Source: an uncultured Candidatus Saccharibacteria bacterium (lineage in GTDB: Bacteria; Patescibacteriota; Saccharimonadia; Saccharimonadales; Saccharimonadaceae). Taken from it: a stretch of DNA of 63,367 bases. A program made the translations under genes and the position numbers. The notes beneath the pieces are model-generated. The model was not told the DNA's origin, made no database searches, and worked only from the letters and a program-made list of their open reading frames with translations. The DNA is taken from NCBI GenBank assembly GCA_964463545.1, contig CAYXCA010000001.1:1-63367 (forward strand), read 5' to 3'. Below are positions 39,153-49,235 of this stretch, piece by piece; positions within the stretch are counted from its first letter, which is position 1, and every line of letters starts with the position of its first letter.

Positions 39153-40031
39153 ATGGCAAAGATTATTCTGGCAGTGTCGGGCGGGGTGGACTCAATGGTG
39201 ATGCTGGATATGATTTGTCGCTCAAAAAAATATTCGTCTGGTGATATATCTTTTGAAATTATTGTGGCACATTTTGACCATGGTACGCGACCAAGTTCAC
39301 GGATAGATGCGGAATTTGTGGAGCGCAAAGCCAAGGAATATGGCGTGGAGTTTCGGCTAGGAAGGGGTGAACTCGGCGAGGGTATAGATGAGGCCACGGC
39401 GCGCGCGGCACGGTATGATTTTTTGCATAGCATTGACCCACTTGCCACGGTTTTTACAGCGCACCACCTCGATGATTTGGTAGAAACGGTGACAATTAAC
39501 TTGCTACGTGGCACGGGCTGGCGAGGGTTAGCAGCGCTCGCCAGTCCGTGTGTGCGGCGGCCGTTTTTGGAAACGGAAAGGTTTTATGAGCCGATGGACA
39601 AAGCAGCAATTATGGAATACGCCGCCAAACGCCGGCTGGAGTTTCGGGAAGATCCGACTAATTCATCCGACGAATATTTGCGCAACCGAATACGTCACCA
39701 GATGAATAATTTTTCGCTGAACTTTGAACAAAAACTGGAAATTTATCGGCTATGGCAAAGGCAAAAACGATTGAGATCCGAGGTTGATCAACTGGTGGTA
39801 AGTTTGCTACCGGAAAAAGATATACCTTGGCAACGGGCATGGTTCAAAGACCTAGAAGCAAATGTGGCACTAGAATTGCTCCGGGCGGGGGCGCTGCGCG
39901 CAGGAATTTCTGCCACGCGTCCGCAGTTGGAAGATTTTCGCCAGGCGATTATCAACTATGCTCCAGGGAAATATTTTAATCTGCCTGGGGATAAACTAAT
40001 AAGATTAAACAAGTTAGACTTTGAACTCTAA
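39153..40031 (+). CDS. tilS: tRNA(Ile)-lysidine synthase
   Basis: LAVSGGVDS, AHFDHG, ARAARY, TAHHLDDLVET, EDPTN..YLRNRIR; start moved to ATG 39153. Confidence 0.93.
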   Translation: MAKIILAVSGGVDSMVMLDMICRSKKYSSGDISFEIIVAHFDHGTRPSSRIDAEFVERKAKEYGVEFRLGRGELGEGIDEATARAARYDFLHSIDPLATVFTAHHLDDLVETVTINLLRGTGWRGLAALASPCVRRPFLETERFYEPMDKAAIMEYAAKRRLEFREDPTNSSDEYLRNRIRHQMNNFSLNFEQKLEIYRLWQRQKRLRSEVDQLVVSLLPEKDIPWQRAWFKDLEANVALELLRAGALRAGISATRPQLEDFRQAIINYAPGKYFNLPGDKLIRLNKLDFEL

Positions 40032-41635
40032 CGAGCAACACAGCGAATATTGTAGGCTATTGAACGGTAGGTGGCTCCGGACATAAGTATTTTAGCACCT
40101 GTAGTATCTTCAAAATTAACCTGCAAACTGCCAGCATAGTTTACATGAGCCCAAGCGCCAGCCGACCAATAATTGCTGCGGAATTTTGAACCGGTAAACC
40201 CAAGATAATTAGTACCATTAAGACTATACGGTCCGACTTCACCAAGGGGAACAAAATAGAGGGGCTCCTTCACAATATGATAAGTTTTGCCATCAACGCT
40301 ACCAGAAGGCGTTTGGTCCGATATACCATATTTGCCTAAAAGATTCGCATAACTACCAGAGCCGCTGCCAGCCGGCAATTGCCAGCCTTTGGGACAGATA
40401 CTACTTGGCACCGGCGAATCAGCATTGGAGTACAGAATTCCGGCACCAGCCGTGGCGGAGCCAAAGTCGTAAAAATTGCCCATCAAATAGTGTTCATCAT
40501 ATTGTCCACCGATGCAAATGTTACCATTCCATTGCTCACACTTTACAGCAACAAGTTCTTGATCAATAGTCGTACCATTGGACAATTTCCAACTTCCAGC
40601 CACAGCCGTATAACCAGGTCGCCAATTAGCATCGTCGCTAACATCTACGAGCCCAGCAGCAGTACACTGTGATGGTCCCAGTTGCTGATTACCACAGACC
40701 CTAAAATAAAGCGGCACGGCTGACACCCATTTGCCAAAATCATAGGATAACCTACTGGTATTGCCTTGACCACCACCAACATATGTAAGGGTTTGCATGG
40801 GCGGATATTGCGAACTTTGGTTCCAATCAGTATTAATATCGGAATCAGCCGCTTGTAATCCTGCAGTAGTTATGTCCAAGTCTAGATTTTGAGTCATCCA
40901 GCATCTGTCGTCCAATAATTTAGTTACCCAATAACTCTTACCATCACGAGTGTCGATTAGTTGCTTCGTAGTTCCGGTCTGAGTTTTATTACAGATCGTA
41001 GAACTCATATCCTGCATAAAAGTTAAGTCATTGAAGCCGGTGATTTCCTTAGGGTTTGCAATTACTGATATAACTATTTCATTAGTATATGCTCCGGCTG
41101 GTAGATCCGTTGACGCTTTGACACCGATAGCAAAATCATAGGTAATGCTTGATTCCGCAGCGATATTGGTTTTATTTACAACTTCAGTCATGACGGTGCT
41201 GATGGGCCTATATATCGAATCGTTAGTCAAACCATCCTCACTAAGACTATAACCCCAGGTATTATTGCTAAAACTGTTTTGAGTTACCGCTTGGGAAACT
41301 GCAGTAATTTCTGCTGTGTTCGACATGCTGGTTGACTTGAGATTGGAGCCATCTTTGCTATGAATCATAATTTTATATCCACTACTATTATTAGTAGAAA
41401 CATTGAGCCTTGAAACCGCCTTATTAAAAACGCCCGCCGAGGTCGGCACAATTTCCACATCAATACGTGGACTGATGGCAATAGAAATATTTGGAGTCAT
41501 GGTAGTTTGACGGCTAATTAACGGTTTTGCAGTGGTAGTTTCCCCGGTGGAGTCAGCATATGATAGTTCTCTTTTCATAAATAATAGCCCGAACAGTAGA
41601 CCACATAACCCGATGCCAATATATTTTACCCTCAT
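40028..41635 (-). CDS. Secreted/surface protein with a FISUMP (Fib_succ_major-like) C-terminal domain
   Basis: Signal peptide; LIDTRDGKSYWVTKLLDDRCWMTQNL, GNFYDF, SICPKGWQLP, PLYFV, NYWSA, NIRCVAR*. Confidence 0.85.
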   Translation of the reverse strand: MRVKYIGIGLCGLLFGLLFMKRELSYADSTGETTTAKPLISRQTTMTPNISIAISPRIDVEIVPTSAGVFNKAVSRLNVSTNNSSGYKIMIHSKDGSNLKSTSMSNTAEITAVSQAVTQNSFSNNTWGYSLSEDGLTNDSIYRPISTVMTEVVNKTNIAAESSITYDFAIGVKASTDLPAGAYTNEIVISVIANPKEITGFNDLTFMQDMSSTICNKTQTGTTKQLIDTRDGKSYWVTKLLDDRCWMTQNLDLDITTAGLQAADSDINTDWNQSSQYPPMQTLTYVGGGQGNTSRLSYDFGKWVSAVPLYFRVCGNQQLGPSQCTAAGLVDVSDDANWRPGYTAVAGSWKLSNGTTIDQELVAVKCEQWNGNICIGGQYDEHYLMGNFYDFGSATAGAGILYSNADSPVPSSICPKGWQLPAGSGSGSYANLLGKYGISDQTPSGSVDGKTYHIVKEPLYFVPLGEVGPYSLNGTNYLGFTGSKFRSNYWSAGAWAHVNYAGSLQVNFEDTTGAKILMSGATYRSIAYNIRCVAR

Positions 41636-42049
41636 AGTATGACTCCTCTATTTAGTTAATCGATTAATCTTGCGATGTCGCTATTTATCAACTTAGGCTT
41701 TCCAAAACCATAAGGTCGTTTAGGTCATAAAGGAATAACCTCTATAACAAAAAGCGACACCGCAAGGTGTCTTACTACCATTCGCAACCTGCGCAAAAAT
41801 TCGTTAGGACGAATTAGGAACAGTTACTATGCGATGCCGCTTATCTTATCCCTAAAAATAAGTGCCCTAATTTTTTGCGCGGATTAAAATAGTATTAAAT
41901 ATACCACCAAAATATGGTTGCGTTTGTAGTAAGACAATTCTATTATATCACAGAACCATAAACATGAAGAATTCTAGTTTTGGTAATTGCCTCCTTGTTA
42001 GACTAATTGTGGCATGTTATAATCAGGGCAGATTTAAGTGGAGTTGAAT

Positions 42050-42886
42050 ATGATTACTAAAGCGATTATTCCAGTGGCGGGTTGGGGTACACGGAGATTG
42101 CCGATTACGAAGATTATTGAGAAGTCGATGTTGCCGGTAGGTAATCGTCCTCTGGTGGATTATTCCGTGCAGGAGTTGATTAAGGTGGGCGTGAAGGATA
42201 TTTATATGATTATCTCGAACGTAGAGCCTTGCCAGGTGAAGGCGTTTTATCAGAAAAATACCGCGCTCGACCAGTATCTAATTGATCGAGGCAAAGAAGA
42301 CCGTTTGCAACTGGCACACACCCTGCCGGATGATGTGAAGATTCATTATATTCAGCAGGATCCGGCCGGAAAATACGGCACGGCGATTCCGATTGCCATG
42401 GCAGTGGAAGAATATAATATTAGTGAGCCGGTGCTGGTGTTTATGGGTGATGATTTTATCTGGAACCCAGAGGGGGAGTCGGCTAGCGATTCATTGATTG
42501 CAGCGATGCAAGGTGAGAATGAGTCGGTGATTTTAGGCGTAGAGGTGCCACGCGACCAGGTGGAAAAATATGGGGTGCTTTCGGCAAAAAATGGGCGATT
42601 GACGGGCGTTGTGGAGAAGCCAAGTGTAGACGAAGCGCCATCAAATCTGATTAACGTGAGCAAATATATCATGTCGCCAGAGTTGTTGCAAGAGATCGTG
42701 CGTTATACCAAGGAGAATGATTTTGGGCCAAAAGATCAGGAATATGTGGTGACCGATCCGATTGACGATTATATCAAGAAAGGCGGGGTGATGCGTGTGG
42801 CGCCAACCTCTGGTGAATACTTGGATGGAGGGAGCGTTGAAGGGTGGCTGCATGCTAATAATGTAGTTTGTGAGTATCAAAAATAG
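42050..42886 (+). CDS. UTP-glucose-1-phosphate uridylyltransferase-like nucleotidyltransferase
   Basis: ITKAIIPVAGWGTRRLPITK..KSMLPV, VVEKP....APSNL. Confidence 0.88.
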   Translation: MITKAIIPVAGWGTRRLPITKIIEKSMLPVGNRPLVDYSVQELIKVGVKDIYMIISNVEPCQVKAFYQKNTALDQYLIDRGKEDRLQLAHTLPDDVKIHYIQQDPAGKYGTAIPIAMAVEEYNISEPVLVFMGDDFIWNPEGESASDSLIAAMQGENESVILGVEVPRDQVEKYGVLSAKNGRLTGVVEKPSVDEAPSNLINVSKYIMSPELLQEIVRYTKENDFGPKDQEYVVTDPIDDYIKKGGVMRVAPTSGEYLDGGSVEGWLHANNVVCEYQK

Positions 42887-42944
42887 TGTTCGGATACGCG
42901 ATTTGATATTCACTTGGTGATATATTTGTGGTATAATTATTCTT

Positions 42945-44555
42945 ATGACGAAGCAAAGTTCAGAAATCAGTTATCAAGCAGCAATCGGGCAAGTGATTGC
43001 ACGGTTGCGTAGTGAGAAAGGCTGGACGCAGACACAACTTGCAGAGATGATTGGCAGCAGTCAATCAGCGATTCACCGTATCGAGAAGGGCGGACAGAAT
43101 ATATCTCTAGATTTGGTTCAGAAGTTGTCGCAGGCGCTTGGTGGGCAAATTCTCTCTGTTAATGATACGGTTTCACAGAGTTATCGCATTCATGGTGGTA
43201 AGGAATTGCATGGCGAGGCCGTGATAAATACCAGTAAAAATGCCGCGGTAGCGTTGCTGTGTGCATCAATGCTAAATTCTGGCACTACAACTTTGAAGCA
43301 TGTGGCCAGAATTGAGGAAGTTTTCCGAATTATTGAAGTTTTGGAATCTTTGGGTGTAAAATGCCGTTGGATCAATGATAACCGTGATCTGGAAATTATA
43401 TCACCAGACGAATTGAACATAGCAAATATTGATGTTGAGGCAGCCCGCAAAACTCGCTCGATTTTGATGTTTATGGGGCCACTTTTACATAAATTTAAGA
43501 AGTTTCGGCTACCGTACGCGGGGGGCTGTACACTGGGTACACGAACAATTGAGCCACATCTTAGAGCGCTGAGGGCGTTTGGGCTAAAGGTTGATGCCAC
43601 ATCTTGTAGCGGTTTTTATGAAGCCACGGTAGCGCCGGATAAGCCGACATTGAAGCCAGACTTCAATGATATGCCGCAAAATATTGACCAAGTAGGGCCG
43701 AAGTTCCCGGCCAAACGCATAGTTTTGATTGAGCGAGGTGACACTGTGACCGAAAATGTATTGATGGCGGCAGCGTTATATCCCGGAGAAACTACGATTG
43801 TGGGAGCATCATCAAATTATATGGTGCAAGATTTGTGTTTCTTTTTGGAAAAACTAGGTGTGAGGGTGCGCGGAATTGGTTCGACAACTTTGAAAGTGAC
43901 AGGCTGCGCGAATATCGACAAAAACGTGGAATACTCGCCAGCAGAAGATCCGATTGAGGCAATGTCGTTCATCGCCGTGGCGTTGGTAACGCAGTCGAAA
44001 TTGACAATTCGGCGTGCGCCGATTGAATTTTTGGAAGTGGAACTGGAAGTTTTGAAGAGTATGGGAGCGAAGATTGAGCGTTCGCCAGAATATTATAGTG
44101 CTAATGGCCGCACAAGGCTAGTGGACTTGAAGATTTTTAAGTCGGAGTTGGTAGCACCAATGGATAAAATTGCACCGATGCCATTTCCTGGACTAAACAT
44201 TGATAACTTGCCTTTCTTCGGCGTGATTGCGGCAACGGCCAAAGGACGCACGTTGATTCACGACTGGGTGTTTGAGAACCGTGCAGTATATTTGACTTAT
44301 CTAGAGAATTTGAACGCCAAAGTTGAACTCTTGGACGCACATCGAGTTTATATTGAAGGACCAACGAACTGGCGAGCAGCGGAACTGGTGGCACCACCGG
44401 CCTTGCGCCCGGCGGTAGTAGTGATGATTGCAATGTTGGCGGCACCGGGGACTTCGATTTTGCGCAACATCTACTCAATTAACCGCGGGTATCAGGACTT
44501 TGCCGAGCGCTTGAATAGATTGGGAGCGGATATTCAGCCACTGAGTGGGGTTTAA
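42945..44555 (+). CDS. murA: XRE-HTH fused UDP-N-acetylglucosamine 1-carboxyvinyltransferase
   Basis: N-terminal HTH (WTQTQLAEMIGSSQSAIHRIEKG); SKNAA, AGGCTLGTR, PFPG, VFENR, INRGY. Confidence 0.92.
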   Translation: MTKQSSEISYQAAIGQVIARLRSEKGWTQTQLAEMIGSSQSAIHRIEKGGQNISLDLVQKLSQALGGQILSVNDTVSQSYRIHGGKELHGEAVINTSKNAAVALLCASMLNSGTTTLKHVARIEEVFRIIEVLESLGVKCRWINDNRDLEIISPDELNIANIDVEAARKTRSILMFMGPLLHKFKKFRLPYAGGCTLGTRTIEPHLRALRAFGLKVDATSCSGFYEATVAPDKPTLKPDFNDMPQNIDQVGPKFPAKRIVLIERGDTVTENVLMAAALYPGETTIVGASSNYMVQDLCFFLEKLGVRVRGIGSTTLKVTGCANIDKNVEYSPAEDPIEAMSFIAVALVTQSKLTIRRAPIEFLEVELEVLKSMGAKIERSPEYYSANGRTRLVDLKIFKSELVAPMDKIAPMPFPGLNIDNLPFFGVIAATAKGRTLIHDWVFENRAVYLTYLENLNAKVELLDAHRVYIEGPTNWRAAELVAPPALRPAVVVMIAMLAAPGTSILRNIYSINRGYQDFAERLNRLGADIQPLSGV

Positions 44556-44763
44556 GCAATAGCGGCTTGAAATATAGCGCAAGCGGTTTAGATTTAAGCA
44601 GAGCGAGATGCATGATTTTACGGAACACATCATGCATGTGCTTGTTAATTTAGAAAAATTTGTTATATGCTGGCTCTACGCAGGCGCTCGCGCAAGAAAA
44701 ACGCGTATTCTTGTCGACCCTTGCGGGTAACAATGCTATAATAAAATTACAAAGGAAGGTAAT

Positions 44764-45840
44764 ATGGCAAAAAAGACTACAAAAGCAGAAACAGCAGCGG
44801 AAGATTCCGGCAAGAAACAGGCACTCGACCTTGCGATTGCACAAATCACAAAACAGTTTGGCGATGGTTCAATTATGAAATTAGGTGAAACACAGAAAAT
44901 CGACGTGGAACTTTTGCCATCTGGTTCCCTCTCGCTTGATTTGGCGCTGGGCGGCGGATACCCAAAGGGGCGTATTATTGAGATTTATGGCCCAGAATCT
45001 TCGGGCAAAACTACTTTAGCATTGCATGCGATTGCTGAGATTCAGAAGCAAGGCGGGCAAGCAGCGTTTATTGACGCAGAGCATGCACTAGACCCGGCCT
45101 ATGCTAAGAAAATCGGTGTGGATACGGATAACTTGTTTATTTCCCAGCCAGACAACGGCGAACAGGCGCTAGAAATTTGTGAAACTTTGGTGCGCTCGGG
45201 TGCGGTGGACCTAATCGTGGTAGACTCTGTGGCGGCTTTGGTGCCACAGGCCGAGATTGATGGTGACATGGGTGATGCGCAGATGGGGTTGCAGGCGCGT
45301 TTGATGTCACAGGCAATGCGTAAGTTGACAGGTATTATCTCAAAATCTAAGGCAACGGTGATCTTTATTAATCAGATTCGGATGAAGATTGGCGTGATGT
45401 TTGGTAACCCAGAAACAACAACCGGTGGTAATGCGTTGAAGTTTTATGCTTCGGTGCGCATGGACATTCGTAGGATAGGGCAAATCAAAGAAGGTGACAG
45501 CATCTCGGGCAACCGCACCAAAGTGAAAATTGTGAAAAATAAGATTGCAGCGCCATTCCGCACAGCCGAGTTTGACATTATGTACAACGAAGGCATCAGC
45601 AAGACGGGTGATGTACTTGATTTAGCAATTCAGAAGGGCATTATTGAGAAGGCCGGTGCATTCCTGAAATACAAAGGCGAAACCATCGCACAGGGTCGCG
45701 AAGCCGCCAAAGCGTTGCTGAAGTCAAATGCAGAATTGTTGGCAGAGATTGACCAGAAAGTGCGCGAGGCAGCCCATCTCACAGGCGGTGCGGATGAAAT
45801 CATGCCGGAAGCCGATACGGCCGAGCCTGATGCGGAATAA
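44764..45840 (+). CDS. recA: Recombinase A
   Basis: [44 protein letters not shown]. Confidence 0.99.
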   Translation: MAKKTTKAETAAEDSGKKQALDLAIAQITKQFGDGSIMKLGETQKIDVELLPSGSLSLDLALGGGYPKGRIIEIYGPESSGKTTLALHAIAEIQKQGGQAAFIDAEHALDPAYAKKIGVDTDNLFISQPDNGEQALEICETLVRSGAVDLIVVDSVAALVPQAEIDGDMGDAQMGLQARLMSQAMRKLTGIISKSKATVIFINQIRMKIGVMFGNPETTTGGNALKFYASVRMDIRRIGQIKEGDSISGNRTKVKIVKNKIAAPFRTAEFDIMYNEGISKTGDVLDLAIQKGIIEKAGAFLKYKGETIAQGREAAKALLKSNAELLAEIDQKVREAAHLTGGADEIMPEADTAEPDAE

Positions 45841-45858
45841 AATATATAATATATAGGT

Positions 45859-46767
45859 GTGGGGATGCTCAAGATTGAGTCTTTGGAACCAGAAGCCGAG
45901 TTTGCCGATGACACGAGCGATGCGGACGAGGTTGATAAGGTTAACGAGATAGACGAAGCCGATAGCGATGAAGTAGCCGAGATGGATGCTTTGGCTGCGA
46001 AGCGAAGACGTGAAGCGGAAATGATTTACGGCGCCGCTGAGGATGTGGCTGGCCCAGTGGGTAATTTGGCCGGATTGATGAATGATTCAGAATATTACAC
46101 GGTAACCAAAATGACTCCTGGGGTACGTGACCCAAATCGTGTGAATATCTTTTTGGATGGACATTTTGCGTTTTCGCTTGACGTGACTCAAGTGGTTGAA
46201 GCAGGGATAAAAATAGGCTACCACGTTACGACCAAGCGACTGGAAGAGTTGCGCCAGATGTCGGAGTTTGGCAAGTTGTATCAACGCACTTTGGAATGGG
46301 TGCTGACTAGGCCACATTCGGTGCGCGAAACGCGAGATTATCTGCGTCGGCGACAGATTAAACGTAGACAACTAAATCGTCAGCGGGCAAGAGAAGAAAA
46401 GCGACCGCTAGCAGAAATTGAAGACGACGTGATGCAACTGGTGATTGCGCGGTTGATTGAGAAAAAATATCTGAATGACCAAAAATTTGCGGAGTTTTAT
46501 GTGGAGAATCGCTATGTGCGGCGTGGAATCAGCCACAAACGTCTACGAATGGAACTACAGAAAAAAGGCGTGAGTTCTGACCTGATTTCTGCCACCATGG
46601 CAAAGGTGCAACGCGATGAGGGCGAGGAGATATTCAAGGTAATTGCCAAAAAGCGTAGAAAATATAATGACTTCCAACTGGTGGGATATTTGGTGCGACA
46701 GGGGTTTAATTTTCAGCAAGCCAAAGAAGCCGTTGAAGCCGCCAAAGAGCAGGAAGAGCAGATTTAG
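45859..46767 (+). CDS. recX: RecX family regulator with an acidic N-terminal extension
   Basis: Directly after recA; RPHSVRE, YLNDQKFA, LRMELQKKGV, YLVRQGF; start uncertain. Confidence 0.85.
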   Translation: MGMLKIESLEPEAEFADDTSDADEVDKVNEIDEADSDEVAEMDALAAKRRREAEMIYGAAEDVAGPVGNLAGLMNDSEYYTVTKMTPGVRDPNRVNIFLDGHFAFSLDVTQVVEAGIKIGYHVTTKRLEELRQMSEFGKLYQRTLEWVLTRPHSVRETRDYLRRRQIKRRQLNRQRAREEKRPLAEIEDDVMQLVIARLIEKKYLNDQKFAEFYVENRYVRRGISHKRLRMELQKKGVSSDLISATMAKVQRDEGEEIFKVIAKKRRKYNDFQLVGYLVRQGFNFQQAKEAVEAAKEQEEQI

Positions 46768-46799
46768 TGTATATACATTGTATGGACAATGTATATACA
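46768..46799. terminator. AT-rich 14-bp hairpin between convergent genes
   Basis: TGTATATACATTGT-ATGG-ACAATGTATATACA. Confidence 0.55.
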
Positions 46800-46815
46800 A
46801 ATTACATACAATGTA

Positions 46816-47421
46816 TTACGGCCGTTCTTGATCCTCTGTGCGAGATTCGGTGGCAAAATCTGGTTCACGGAAAGGATTGACAAAACTTGGGACAAAATCG
46901 GTTTTGCCAGTTTTGGCTTTTGAGGTGGGCTTCTCGGTTTCTTCCTTGATAATAATCTTGTAGTCATTCACCTCTTCAATGCGACTCCGTGCGATTGTAA
47001 GTTCTGGGTCAAGAAAAGCCTTGATAAATGGACGTTGAACAATCAGTTGCTGCACCTGCCAGGTTGACGGCTCCACAGTAAAGTCACTAACTTTGCCGAG
47101 TTTGGCACCTTGTTTAGATTCAACTTTAAGACCAACTAGATGAAAATTAAGATCTAAGACGTTTTTGATGCGGATAATTTCGTCTGGTTCCACAAATTCA
47201 TCGGCCGAATCGACGATCATGCCCAGCCGAGAGAATTCGCGCACACTATCCATGGGAAGAATTTCACCAACTTCTTTGCCAACAAGTGGACCTTCAACTC
47301 GGCAGGCGATAATTTTAAGATCATCTGGGTCAATAATCAATTCGCTAACGTTAGCAATACGTCCGCCAACGTGAAGGCTAAGAACCGGGCAACCAAGTAA
47401 GCGTGTGCTATTGAATAACAT
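46816..47421 (-). CDS. Tandem PRC-barrel domain protein
   Basis: LLGCPVLSL.VGGRIANVSELIIDP and LVGLKVESKQGAKLGKVSDF. Confidence 0.8.
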   Translation of the reverse strand: MLFNSTRLLGCPVLSLHVGGRIANVSELIIDPDDLKIIACRVEGPLVGKEVGEILPMDSVREFSRLGMIVDSADEFVEPDEIIRIKNVLDLNFHLVGLKVESKQGAKLGKVSDFTVEPSTWQVQQLIVQRPFIKAFLDPELTIARSRIEEVNDYKIIIKEETEKPTSKAKTGKTDFVPSFVNPFREPDFATESRTEDQERP

Positions 47422-47511
47422 ACTATTATTATATCATGCTCCGTAAAAACAATAGCGTTGTTTCGAAAAAGCACAAGCGTATTTTTGTTCAACTCCCTGT
47501 TGCAATATAAA

Positions 47512-49152
47512 CTATTTAATTAGTGGAGGTTGCCAAGAAGCGGGGTAGTCTGGCAGACCAAGCAATGTGGTGATGGTGGCGGCTAGGTTGGCAAGACCTG
47601 GGGCGGAAATTTTGGTGGCGCGATAGCGTTTGGTGTTGGCAGTATTATCGTAAAAAATGCACGGGACAAGGTTACTGGTGTGCGAAGTCTTAGGAACGCC
47701 ATTTTTATCCAGGAGTTCTTCGGCGTTGCCGTGGTCAGCCGTTATAATCATCATACCACCAAGATTGTCAACTTTTTTGGCGAGGCGCGCCAGTTGAAGG
47801 TCAATAGCCTCAAGCGCAACAATTGTGGGCTCAAGTTCGGCGAAATGCCCCACCATATCACCACCCGGATAGTTGATGCGAACAAACTTAAATTGGTCAA
47901 GCTTCTCCAGAGCAATGTCTGTAATCTCGGCGGACTTCATCCACGGGCGCGTATTGAAAGGCTGCAAATCGGACGGAACTTCAATTTGCTCTTCTTTGGG
48001 GGCCTTTTTGTAACTGTTACCGTTGAAATAATAAGTGATATGGCCAAATTTGACGGTTTCGGAAATGGCGAGTTGAGAGATTTTGTTTTGGCCGAGAAAA
48101 ACGTTAAGCGGAAATTCGATTTTGATCGGTGGAACCAAGATATTTTTGGGGATGTGCTTATCAGAATCGTATTCGGTGAGGCCAGCAAAGTAGACGTCTG
48201 GCACCTGGCCGCGGTCGAATTTGTCAAAATTCGGGTCGTCGAAAGCGCGTGCGATTTCGACGGCGCGGTCGGCACGGAAATCATAGTAGATGAAAGCGTC
48301 ACCATCATCGACCGTGCCGACCGCCCGCGGCTGGCGGCAGCCAGACGTCTTGGCGCGCTCAGCGCGAGCGCTGAGCGCGCTGCTGGCTCCAGTGTTCTCA
48401 ACCACGATGAATGCGGGTAAGTACTGATCTTGCACTTCCGGATTTTCGCGGCGCAAAGTCTGCACTGCTTCGCTGGCAGACTTAAACTGGCGCGGGGCGA
48501 TGCCGTGCACCATCATGTCCCAGCCCAATTTAACCATGCCCCAATCATTTTCGTAACGATCAGCCGTGGCGACCATGCGCCCCGCGCCAGATGCGATGCG
48601 AAAATCCGCGTCTTTAAATTTTGCGCAGAATTTTTCGATGCGCTCAATATATTTTGGCTCGGACTGTGGAGCCACATCACGCCCGTCAAAAACACAGTGA
48701 ATGCGAATTCTGCGCACACCCTCATCATAGGCGCGTTGAATCATTTGCTCGAGGTGTTTGATATTGCTATGGACGCCGCCATCGGAAAAAATACCACAGA
48801 AATGCAGAGTACCACTGCTAACGCTCAACCATTTCATGGCGCCCTTCCAGGCTTTGGACTGCCAAATATCGCCAGTGGCAAAGGCGGCTTCGATGCCGGC
48901 AATTCCCTGCTTGATGATTTGACCAGAGCCAATTGCGTTATGCCCCACTTCGGAATTCCCCATTTGCCCAGGCATAATGCCAACTGCTTCACCCGAAGCG
49001 AGCAAAGGAATATTGAGATAATTTGCTATAGCCTGATCAAGAAATTCGGTATGTGCCTGCCGCACGGCGTTACCGCTGCGAGCAGTGCGCAGACCAACAC
49101 CGTCTAAAATTGCTAAAACAATAGGGCCATCATAATGTAGATTGTTTTTCAC
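47512..49152 (-). CDS. gpmI: 2,3-bisphosphoglycerate-independent phosphoglycerate mutase
   Basis: ILDGVG, GQMGNSEVGH, SDGGVHS, DGRD, FRADRA, DMVGH, TADHGNAE. Confidence 0.96.
   Translation of the reverse strand: MKNNLHYDGPIVLAILDGVGLRTARSGNAVRQAHTEFLDQAIANYLNIPLLASGEAVGIMPGQMGNSEVGHNAIGSGQIIKQGIAGIEAAFATGDIWQSKAWKGAMKWLSVSSGTLHFCGIFSDGGVHSNIKHLEQMIQRAYDEGVRRIRIHCVFDGRDVAPQSEPKYIERIEKFCAKFKDADFRIASGAGRMVATADRYENDWGMVKLGWDMMVHGIAPRQFKSASEAVQTLRRENPEVQDQYLPAFIVVENTGASSALSARAERAKTSGCRQPRAVGTVDDGDAFIYYDFRADRAVEIARAFDDPNFDKFDRGQVPDVYFAGLTEYDSDKHIPKNILVPPIKIEFPLNVFLGQNKISQLAISETVKFGHITYYFNGNSYKKAPKEEQIEVPSDLQPFNTRPWMKSAEITDIALEKLDQFKFVRINYPGGDMVGHFAELEPTIVALEAIDLQLARLAKKVDNLGGMMIITADHGNAEELLDKNGVPKTSHTSNLVPCIFYDNTANTKRYRATKISAPGLANLAATITTLLGLPDYPASWQPPLIK
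48331..48388. repeat. GC-rich palindromic element inside gpmI
   Basis: Perfect GCGCGCTCAGCGC-GA-GCGCTGAGCGCGC (48353-48380) plus CTGGC-GGCA-GCCAG. Confidence 0.8.
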
Positions 49153-49235
49153 GAAATTCCTCTTGACAAATTAAAGTGTTTGTGCTAATATGTAGACATA
49201 AACCGCACGAAAGACTGACGGTTCTGTCTGTAGTG

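Noticed and set aside
40028-40270. The FISUMP gene as the direct acceptor of the cassettes
   Set aside because: Its tail (YFVPLG...YNIRCVAR) lacks both DNA anchors; the resemblance is at protein-motif level only.
41769-41935. 6S RNA
   Set aside because: Size and end-pairing fit loosely, but the internal loop is one-sided and branched instead of a central bubble; left as an unassigned structured RNA.
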